A DNA stretch of 64,000 nucleotides. Source: an uncultured Thermodesulfobacteriota bacterium. Lineage in GTDB: Bacteria; Desulfobacterota; DSWW01. This document shows positions 56,544 to 64,000 of this stretch, one piece after another (the stretch's first letter is position 1; each line of letters opens with the position of its first letter). Location: assembly GCA_964384945.1 (NCBI GenBank), contig CAYLMK010000004.1, forward strand, positions 1 to 64,000, read 5' to 3'. The notes beneath the pieces are model-generated. The model did no database searches. It was given only the letters and a program-made list of their open reading frames with translations, and was not told where the DNA came from. A program made the position numbers and the translations under genes.

Positions 56544-58169
56544 ATGAAAAAAAACATCTGGAGACTCGTTTGCCTTCCTGTAGCGGGCCTTCTTTGGTTG
56601 CTCTTCCCGATACAGACCGGGGCCTTGTTCCTGGACGACAACCAGACCCTGGAGGTGGTGGCGAGGCTGCAGACGCGGACATCCTTGCGCCTCCAGGATT
56701 CGGAAGGATTCACTTCTCCGAGCGTATCCGTGGGCAACCTGGTGCAGTGGCGTAACCTCGCCATGCTCGAAATCGATCACGATCTTGGCGAACTGACGCA
56801 GACGCTCGACGTCCTGTATCCCCTGGAGGCCTTGGACATTCGCTCGAGGTATCGCCTGGTGGGCCGATTTCTGTACGAGGCCGTCTACAACGTCGGTCCA
56901 CAGGCCTTTCAGGATACCCGCGAGGCGGACAAGGAGAACATCGACAGTTTCAAGGAGAGCTACGATCTGTGGGAATGCTACGCCGACTTCTCCAGGGGCC
57001 CGGCCTTCCTGAGGCTCGGAAGGCAGAACCTGGCCTGGGGCGAGACCGACATCTTCCGGCTTCTCGATTACATCAATCCGCTGGACAACACCTTCGGCGG
57101 CCCCTTCGAGGATCTGGACGACAGACGCATCCCGCTCTGGATGCTGCGGGGGAGCTACAACTTCGGCACCCTCGGTCCTGTCTCCACATTCTCGCTCGAG
57201 GGGTTCTGGGTACCCGGCGCCTGGGACGCACGGGTGGCGCCGCTTCCGCCCGGCGGCACTCCGTATGCGCCGCCCGCTCCCTCCTCTCCACTGGAGCTGC
57301 GGGTGCTCACACCGGACAAGACCATCTCCAGCAGTCGGTGGGGAGCGCGGCTCATGGGGGTTCTTGCAGGAGGGCTCCAGCTTTCGCTCGCCCACTACAG
57401 CACCTTCCTCGACACCCCTGCGATCCGCGTAGGCGTTACGCCCGGCCTTCCGATCCTCATGAACCCGGCCGACGCCTATCAGGAACTGAGCTTTCCGGAC
57501 GTGCAAGTCACGGGTGCTGCGATGAACTACTGGCAGCCGCAATTGGACGTGGTCCTCAGAGCCGAAGCGGCCTGGTTCTGGGATGAGCCCGTCTTCATCC
57601 CGGAGGAGAACCTCAAGCTTTCCGACACGACGATTCCGCTGCCTCCCGCCCTCGTTTCCCTGCTCTCCGGGCTCGCGGGCACGGACCTCGCCGCCCTCGG
57701 CCTTGACTCCATACCGCTCAACCCCACAGGCGGAACCATCCCGGAAAAGGACATCTTCCGGTACATGATCGGGTTCGACAAGCAGGTCTGGATTCGGCCG
57801 CTCAACGGAACCAGCATGTTCCTGGTCTCGATGCAGTACTTCGCCCAGTGGATCCAGGACTTCGATGCCCGGATTCGCCAGCCCCTCGTCCTCTATCCCG
57901 ATCCCGGCCAGTTCGCAGGGCTCAAAGAGTACGAAAGCGTCTTCACAGCACTGGTCAACACAACGTATCGGAACGGCACGATCATGCCGCAAATGGCCGT
58001 TGCCTACGACGTGCGCGGGGCGTGGCTCGTCGCAACCTCGGCCAGCTACATCCTGGAGCCTTTCCGGTTCGGCGTCGCGTACAGCGCAATTATGGGGAAC
58101 TTCACGAATTTCGGTGCCTTTCGAGACCGGGACCAGATCACCTTCACCCTAACTTACCTGCTCAACTAG
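56544..58169 (+). CDS. DUF1302-family outer-membrane protein
   Basis: Signal peptide. A ~540-aa beta-rich protein with the GRQNLAWGETD..FRLLD motif typical of DUF1302, which pairs with DUF1329. Confidence 0.65.
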   Translation: MKKNIWRLVCLPVAGLLWLLFPIQTGALFLDDNQTLEVVARLQTRTSLRLQDSEGFTSPSVSVGNLVQWRNLAMLEIDHDLGELTQTLDVLYPLEALDIRSRYRLVGRFLYEAVYNVGPQAFQDTREADKENIDSFKESYDLWECYADFSRGPAFLRLGRQNLAWGETDIFRLLDYINPLDNTFGGPFEDLDDRRIPLWMLRGSYNFGTLGPVSTFSLEGFWVPGAWDARVAPLPPGGTPYAPPAPSSPLELRVLTPDKTISSSRWGARLMGVLAGGLQLSLAHYSTFLDTPAIRVGVTPGLPILMNPADAYQELSFPDVQVTGAAMNYWQPQLDVVLRAEAAWFWDEPVFIPEENLKLSDTTIPLPPALVSLLSGLAGTDLAALGLDSIPLNPTGGTIPEKDIFRYMIGFDKQVWIRPLNGTSMFLVSMQYFAQWIQDFDARIRQPLVLYPDPGQFAGLKEYESVFTALVNTTYRNGTIMPQMAVAYDVRGAWLVATSASYILEPFRFGVAYSAIMGNFTNFGAFRDRDQITFTLTYLLN

Positions 58170-58191
58170 CTCGGGAATGGGAGGCGACCCC

Positions 58192-59499
58192 ATGCGAAGC
58201 ACAACACCCTCGGGCATCCTTGCAGCGGCTGCCTGGCTGACCCTTTTCCTTGCCGGCCCCGCCCCGGCAGACGTGGCGCCCGGGGACCTCATCGATGCAA
58301 CGAATTGGCAGAAGGCCGAAGGGCTCCTGCCCGAGCCGGTCCTGAACTGGGTGAAGAAGGGCGACGTACTCCATGTCGGAAAGCTCACGTACGATCCGTC
58401 GAAATTCTTTCCCCCGGCAGGCCTTCGCTCCCTTGAGTCGAACAAGGGAAGATTCGACCTGGACGCGGACGGCGTTGTGGTGGATTCGGAGACGGGCAAG
58501 GCCCCGGCCTTCATCGACGGGTTTCCTTTTCCGGAAATCGATCCCAAGGACCCGCGTGCGGGCGAAAAGATCATGTATAACAAGTTCTATTATCAGTACG
58601 CCTGCGGGAACATGAAGGTCGGCGCACAGATGGCGAAATGGATCGGCCGAAATACCGGCTACGAGCGGGAGATATCGTTCGAATCCCTCTCCTACCCGAA
58701 GGACGGTTACGAGGGGGCGCAGAACCACAAGAATCCGGATAACCTGGAGACCTACATCATCTTCCGCATGCTCGCGCCCGTCGACGTCCGGGGCACGAAC
58801 GTACTCACCTGGCGATTCCGGGACGCCCGCCAGGACCACACCTTCACATACGTCCCGGCCATCCGAAGGGTCCGACGCATGAGCCCGGCAAACCGGTCCG
58901 ACGCCTTCCTCGGGTCGGACTTCTGCGTGGACGACGCATGGGGATACGGCGGAAAGGTCAACGCCTTCGAATGGAAGCTGCTCGGCGTCCGGGAGCAGCT
59001 CGTTCCCTTCCGGGCCTCGACTCCCCTGCGTATCGTCCAGAACCCGAAGGGGGAATGGGTGTCCGAGAAGGTGCAGCCCGGCGAGGAGAACGTCTACGGA
59101 TGGGAAAAGGACGGATACGGGGGCGCGCCCTGGTTTCCCACCAACATCATCTGGGTCAAGCGGCCGGTCTACGCCCTGGAGATCAAGGCCAAGGACCCGT
59201 ACTACAATTACGGCCTCCAGTACCTTTGGATCGACGCGGAGTTCTTCCAGCCCACCTTCAAGGAGATCCACAACCGGGCCGGGGAGTACTGGAAGGTGGA
59301 GTGGCAGATCCAGACCGGCAACGAAAACGCGGACGGCAGCATCCGGATCGTGGGCCTGGCCGACATGATCGCCGTGGACGACCGGAGCGATCATGCGACG
59401 GTCATCGTGTCTCACGACCCGAAGTGCCTGGTTCGGTTCTTCGCCGTCCTGGACGAGAACGACTTTTCCCTGGCCGGTTTCCAGAAACTCTGCAGGTAG
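58192..59499 (+). CDS. DUF1329-family (LolA-like) outer-membrane-associated protein
   Basis: Signal peptide. ...YKFYYQY...W.GRNTGYER... is characteristic of DUF1329. Immediately downstream of the DUF1302 gene. Confidence 0.65.
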   Translation: MRSTTPSGILAAAAWLTLFLAGPAPADVAPGDLIDATNWQKAEGLLPEPVLNWVKKGDVLHVGKLTYDPSKFFPPAGLRSLESNKGRFDLDADGVVVDSETGKAPAFIDGFPFPEIDPKDPRAGEKIMYNKFYYQYACGNMKVGAQMAKWIGRNTGYEREISFESLSYPKDGYEGAQNHKNPDNLETYIIFRMLAPVDVRGTNVLTWRFRDARQDHTFTYVPAIRRVRRMSPANRSDAFLGSDFCVDDAWGYGGKVNAFEWKLLGVREQLVPFRASTPLRIVQNPKGEWVSEKVQPGEENVYGWEKDGYGGAPWFPTNIIWVKRPVYALEIKAKDPYYNYGLQYLWIDAEFFQPTFKEIHNRAGEYWKVEWQIQTGNENADGSIRIVGLADMIAVDDRSDHATVIVSHDPKCLVRFFAVLDENDFSLAGFQKLCR

Positions 59500-59574
59500 G
59501 GCGTGCGGCTGTTTAGAAGGCGCAGAGGGCCTTTCAACCGCCTCCTCGAGGACAACCCGAGTGGAGGAGTGCGC

Positions 59575-59920
59575 TTGGAACCGTTCAAAGACAAAGTGGC
59601 CATCGTGACGGGGGGCCTACGGGGTGAAGGTGAGCGTGGTCTGCCCGGGCATGATCGACACGGCCATCTTCGAGACCAGCGTCATGGTCGGCAATGCGGA
59701 CCGGGAGAAGTTTCACGCCAGGGCCCGTTCCAGGTTCAGGCCCATGAACGCGGACAAGGTCGGCCTTGCGATTCTTGAGGGAACGGCCCGGAACCGGGCG
59801 ATCATCCTCTTCCCCGTCCGGGCTCGGGTTCTCTCGCGCCTCTACCGGATCCGGCCCGCGCTGCTGAATCCCCTGTTCCGGGGACTCATGCAAGGACTCC
59901 GGCAGGCCTCTGCGGGCTAG
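59575..59920 (+). pseudogene. Internally deleted short-chain dehydrogenase/reductase remnant
   Basis: The KDKVAIVTGG NAD-binding start is joined after 2 codons to the frame-shifted late SDR motif VSVVCPGMIDT, so the central ~170 aa is missing. Confidence 0.5.
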
Positions 59921-59944
59921 CACCCGGGGAATCTCGCTGCGAGT

Positions 59945-60973
59945 TCAGCCGGCAAGCGCGAGCACGCGGGCCGGGTTGGCCCTAGCGATGGTGTTGACGG
60001 CCTCATCGCTCATACCCTTCTGCCGCATGAGGGGCAACACGTTCTCGATGAGGTAGGCATAGCCTTCGCCTCCGTATCGGGTCAGGTGGTGCTTGGTGCA
60101 GATGTCCTGGGAAACCAGGAGCCTTTCCAGGTACCCCGCCTCGATCAAATCCAGAATCCGGTCGACCCGCACGGCGTCGTTGGGCATGTCGATCGGGGCC
60201 AGGGGATAGAAGCTCGACTCCTGCCCGAAGAGGTCGAACTCGAGGTAGCATCCCGTCCTGGCCAGCCGGATCATGGACTCCGCGTCGAAGAGCGTCCGGT
60301 CGATGTGGCACATCACGGTCCTGGCGGGGTCTCCTCCCTCCTCGGCGACGATACGCATCGCCTCGAAGGGCGCCTTGCCGTCTCGGCCCGGATGAATGCT
60401 CAGCGAAGCCCCGGAGCGGCGCTGCGCCCGAACGGCCGCCCTGAGGACCTTCTCTTCGTTATCGTACACCGGCCAGCTCAGGCCGATCTCCCCGATGATC
60501 CCTGCCCGGATGCCCGTCTCTCCGATCCCTTCTCCGATCTCGCGCAAAATCCTCTCCTCGATCTCTTGCCCGCTCATGCCGGCCAGCTCCGGCGGATGGT
60601 ATTCGACTTGATAGAACCCGCTTCCGGCGACGATGTGGACCGCGGTCCGTCGAGACACCCTTGCCAGGGCCTCGGGATCCGGGTTCATTCCGTGGACGCT
60701 CTGTTCCACGATGGTGCCGCCTCCGGCTTCCCTGAATCGCCTCATCTCGTCGACCGCAGCCTCCTCGTCGTCCAGGAAGAGGTTCTCCGGGTTCGATATC
60801 CAGTTCCGGCGCAGCACCCCGAGGTCCTCCATCCGAATCGGTTCCCCCTTCAGGTCGCGCAGGTTGGGCGGCAGGAGGTTGACGAACAGGTGCTCGTGGG
60901 GCTGGACATGACCGAGCTCGGCGGGCTCGATCGGCCCCAGGACGGTCTGAACCTTGCCGGCGAGAACGGACAT
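59945..60973 (-). CDS. Phosphotriesterase-family (PTE/Pter-like) metal-dependent hydrolase
   Basis: GHVQPHEHLF N-terminal His pair. Later HxH and Asp metal ligands within a TIM barrel. 342 aa. Confidence 0.8.
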   Translation of the reverse strand: MSVLAGKVQTVLGPIEPAELGHVQPHEHLFVNLLPPNLRDLKGEPIRMEDLGVLRRNWISNPENLFLDDEEAAVDEMRRFREAGGGTIVEQSVHGMNPDPEALARVSRRTAVHIVAGSGFYQVEYHPPELAGMSGQEIEERILREIGEGIGETGIRAGIIGEIGLSWPVYDNEEKVLRAAVRAQRRSGASLSIHPGRDGKAPFEAMRIVAEEGGDPARTVMCHIDRTLFDAESMIRLARTGCYLEFDLFGQESSFYPLAPIDMPNDAVRVDRILDLIEAGYLERLLVSQDICTKHHLTRYGGEGYAYLIENVLPLMRQKGMSDEAVNTIARANPARVLALAG

Positions 60974-61290
60974 GACAAACCTCCTTTCCATCGGCGGCCG
61001 CGAGCCGTGCCGCGCCATAGATTTGGACTTTTCCACAGATTCATACATGCTTTTCCGGAGAATGGCCAGGCCCGGGGGCCGCTGGGATAGAGGCTCGCAC
61101 CCACGGCGTCCCCAGAGGCCGCGCGAAATCCGTAAGCCGCCCGGTCGCGAATTCCGTATTGGATTCAAACCGTTTCGTGATTTGGGTGGATCCTCCGGCG
61201 ATCTTCCGGCTTCTAACGAGGCATGAGAGCCCCTTTCAAACCGGACAAAGGCCTACCGTGAGATCACCCCAGGGGAAATGGATCGATCTG

Positions 61291-62310
61291 ATGGGTATCG
61301 GCCGGGATTCCCGCAAGAGGATATGGTCCCGGCGGGCGGTCACGATCCCTGCCTATTTCGCTTGCTTCGTTCTGCTGGTCGCCCTGGCGCCCATCCTGCT
61401 TCCCCTGGCCGCCCTGGCGGACCTCGCCCGCCGGTCCCGGTTCGCTCTCCTGCGAATGATCGCCTTTCTGCTCCTCTACTTCACATGCGAGGTCCTCGGC
61501 ATCCTCGCAAGCCTCTTCCTTTGGCTCATCGGCGGGCCGTGGATCTCCTCGGACGCGGAGCGTTACGTACGCTGGAACTTCAGGCTTCAGTGGCGGTGGG
61601 CCGGGGCCCTGGCAGGGGGGGCCTTCCGGATCTTCTCCATCCGGCTCGACGTGCAAGGCCTCCAGGATTACCGGAACCGCCCGATCCTCCTGTTCACCCG
61701 CCACGTAAGCACCGCAGACACCGTCTTGCCCGCCCTGCTGATCTCCATCCCGCAGGGCATTCTCCTGCGGTACGTGATCAAGCGGGAACTCCTCGCCGAC
61801 CCGTGCCTGGACATCGTGGGGCACCGCATTCCGAACTATTTCGTTCGCCGTGGGTCCGGTCAGACCGAGCAGGAGGTCCGCGCGATCGCAAGCCTGATGC
61901 AGGATCTCCGTCCCGGGCACGGCGTCCTGATGTACCCGGAGGGGACACGCTTCACGGCCCGAAAAAGGGCGCGGGTTCTTCGGCGGTTCGAGGAGAGCGG
62001 CGACCGCGAGTCCCTGGAGCGGGCCAGGTCCATGCCCCTCGTGCTTCCGCCCCGCCTGCCGGGCTCCCTTGCGCTCCTGGAGAACAACACCGGCGCGGAT
62101 GCCGTCTTCTGCATTCACACCGGGTTTGAATCCACCATGTCCATGGGAGATCTGTGGAGGGGGGAGCTGGTGGGAAAACAGGTCCGGGTCAGGTTCTGGA
62201 CCGTGCCCTATGAGCAAATCCCGAAGGGCCGGGAAGCCCTTTCGAGATGGATGTGGGAGGAGTGGGCCAAGGCGAACGCCGTCCTTGAGGAATGGAGAGA
62301 CGCCGAATGA
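61291..62310 (+). CDS. Lysophospholipid/1-acyl-glycerol-3-phosphate acyltransferase (PlsC family)
   Basis: N-terminal TM helices. The HxxxxD box (FTRHVSTADT) and the YPEGTR motif. Confidence 0.7.
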   Translation: MGIGRDSRKRIWSRRAVTIPAYFACFVLLVALAPILLPLAALADLARRSRFALLRMIAFLLLYFTCEVLGILASLFLWLIGGPWISSDAERYVRWNFRLQWRWAGALAGGAFRIFSIRLDVQGLQDYRNRPILLFTRHVSTADTVLPALLISIPQGILLRYVIKRELLADPCLDIVGHRIPNYFVRRGSGQTEQEVRAIASLMQDLRPGHGVLMYPEGTRFTARKRARVLRRFEESGDRESLERARSMPLVLPPRLPGSLALLENNTGADAVFCIHTGFESTMSMGDLWRGELVGKQVRVRFWTVPYEQIPKGREALSRWMWEEWAKANAVLEEWRDAE

Positions 62311-63023
62311 ACCGGGTGATGCAGCAAATCCTCCTCCTGGTCTTTTCCGCCGCACTCGCAGCGGAAGGGGTTGCCCAGGAAACCGAGGCGATCTATTGGG
62401 GCGACGCCGTGGACAAAGAGGGAAGGCTCCTCTACCGGGAGAAGCACATGACCCGCACCCGGGACGGCCGCACCCTGGCATCCCTCACCCTTTACCTGGA
62501 TCCCGCGGGGCGCAAAATCGCCTCGCTCGAGTCCGATTACGAGAAGAGCCTGGCGATGCCGACTTACGTCTTCAAGGACTTTCGAAGGAACTACGAGGAA
62601 GGGCTTCGGTACAGGAACGGAACCTACTACATCTACAACAAGGGCACCGAGCAAGGCGAGAAGGAGAAGGCGCTCGAGGATCCGACCCACGTCTTCTCCT
62701 GCCAGGGCTGGCATTACTACATCGTGGAAAACCTGGACCGGATCGCACGGGGCGACACGTTTCTCCTGCGGCTCATCTTCCCGAACAAGCTTCGCACGTA
62801 CAATTTCAAGATCGAGAAGGTCAGCGGCGAGGGGAATCTCCTGAACGTCCGGGTGCGTTTTGCCAACCGGCTGGTGGGCTTTTTTGTCCCTCACCTGGAC
62901 CTCGTCTATGACAAGAACGAGAGAAGGCTGATCGAATACCGCGGGGTTTCGAACATCTTCGATGCGAACGACAATCTTCAGGAAGTGCGGATCACCTACT
63001 CCGACGACCCGCCGGTGAGCTGA
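62307..63023 (+). CDS. Secreted hypothetical protein
   Basis: Signal peptide (MNRVMQQILLLVFSAALAAEG). The start overlaps the acyltransferase stop (ATGA). Confidence 0.5.
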   Translation: MNRVMQQILLLVFSAALAAEGVAQETEAIYWGDAVDKEGRLLYREKHMTRTRDGRTLASLTLYLDPAGRKIASLESDYEKSLAMPTYVFKDFRRNYEEGLRYRNGTYYIYNKGTEQGEKEKALEDPTHVFSCQGWHYYIVENLDRIARGDTFLLRLIFPNKLRTYNFKIEKVSGEGNLLNVRVRFANRLVGFFVPHLDLVYDKNERRLIEYRGVSNIFDANDNLQEVRITYSDDPPVS

Positions 63024-63100
63024 TCCGAGCCTTTCGGCGGGCGGCTGGGCATCTTCCCGCTTGACGCAAACCGGCCACAAGGATACCGGATGACTCACCG

Positions 63101-64000
63101 ATGAACCACGGGAGCGTGTTCTCCGAGATCGCCGCCATCTTGCTCCTCGCAACCCTGCTCGGCATCGTCGGGCAGAGGCTTCGCCAGCCTCTGTTGATCA
63201 TGTTCCTGGCGGCGGGGATTCTGGCCGGCCCTGCGGTTCTGGGCATCATCGCAAGCTACCAGCAGATCGAATTGCTTGCGCACATGGGAATCGCCCTCCT
63301 GCTCTTCATCGTGGGTCTCAAGCTCGATTTGAAGCTCATCCGCACCACCGGCCCCGTCGCCCTGGCAACCGGCCTGGGGCAGATCGTCTTCACGTCCGCG
63401 ATCGGCTTCGTGATCGCCCTCGCCCTGGGCATGTCCTTCCTGACCTCGGCCTATGTATCGGTTGCGCTCACGTTCTCCAGCACCATCATCATCGTCAAGC
63501 TCCTGTCGGACAAGAAGGAAATCGACTCCCTTCACGGTCAGATAGCGATCGGATTCCTGATTGTCCAGGACATTGCCGCTATCGTCGCCCTGGTGGGGCT
63601 GACCACCTTCGGATCGTCCGCTGCCGGAAACGGGTCGCCATACGCTTCCGCCGTCCTCATTGCCGCCAAAGGGGCGGGCCTGCTCGGCGTTATCGCTCTG
63701 TTGATGAAATACGTGATCCCGCGTTTGACCCTCCGCCTGGCTCACTCGCTGGAATTGCTGACTCTTTTCGCCATCGCGTGGGCGGTGTTTCTCGGCGCAG
63801 GCAGCGAGTGGCTCGGATTCAGCAAAGAGGTGGGCGCGTTTCTGGCCGGTGTTTCGCTGGCGTCCACGGATTACCGCGACTCCATCGGAGCGCGCCTGAC
63901 GACCCTCCGGGATTTCCTTCTTCTGTTCTTCTTCATCGACCTCGGCTCGCGCCTGGATTGGTCCTCGGTCGGTTTGCAGCTGGGTTCGTCCTTGGTGTTC
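63101..64000 (+). CDS. Monovalent cation:proton antiporter (CPA2/Kef-type), 5' part (continues past window end)
   Basis: Hand translation gives MNHGSVFSEIAAILLLATLLGIVGQRLRQPLLIMFLAAGILAGPAVLGII... with consecutive TM helices typical of KefB/NhaP-type exchangers. No stop occurs before position 64000. Confidence 0.75.
   Translation, partial: MNHGSVFSEIAAILLLATLLGIVGQRLRQPLLIMFLAAGILAGPAVLGIIASYQQIELLAHMGIALLLFIVGLKLDLKLIRTTGPVALATGLGQIVFTSAIGFVIALALGMSFLTSAYVSVALTFSSTIIIVKLLSDKKEIDSLHGQIAIGFLIVQDIAAIVALVGLTTFGSSAAGNGSPYASAVLIAAKGAGLLGVIALLMKYVIPRLTLRLAHSLELLTLFAIAWAVFLGAGSEWLGFSKEVGAFLAGVSLASTDYRDSIGARLTTLRDFLLLFFFIDLGSRLDWSSVGLQLGSSLVF

Overview
This is a high-GC (~65%) bacterial chromosomal window with dense coding on both strands and no rRNA, tRNA, CRISPR array or obvious mobile element. 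I call about 55 coding regions. Several gene sets stand out:
- Encapsulin locus: a Family-1 (Linocin_M18-type) encapsulin shell gene has no canonical cargo gene nearby. Instead it sits between an acyl-CoA dehydrogenase::rubredoxin fusion, an enoyl-CoA hydratase and a CxxC redoxin.
- Three-gene cluster: a PIG-L/LmbE deacetylase, a FemAB/CelD-like acyltransferase and an unusual fusion of a peptidase-S51-like domain to a cysteinyl-tRNA-synthetase C-terminal domain.
- Electron-bifurcating methylene-THF reductase cluster: hdrC, hdrB, a small winged-helix gene, a ~1500-aa HdrL-type HdrA fusion, mvhD, metV and metF, with a corrinoid protein next to it.
- Sigma-54 activator: it has two GAF domains and is flanked by two TGGCAC-N5-TTGA promoter candidates.
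- Quinone late-step genes: ubiA and ubiE.
- Metabolism and housekeeping: pyruvate kinase with a PEP-utilizing phosphotransferase, ftsH, and a class II photolyase.
- Cell envelope: a DUF1302/DUF1329 outer-membrane pair.

Non-coding signals include:
- A ~58-nt element present twice at ~90% identity.
- Two perfect AT-rich palindromes in leader regions.
- Shared direct-repeat motifs upstream of metV and the hdrL-associated gene.
- CCTTTCGCC-type repeats around a TIM-barrel gene.
- An AT-rich (~40% GC) island carrying a tiny BFD-like [2Fe-2S] gene.

Two gene remnants (a Gfo/Idh/MocA C-terminus and an internally deleted SDR) indicate local decay. Many long ORFs in the track are antisense artefacts of the high GC content.
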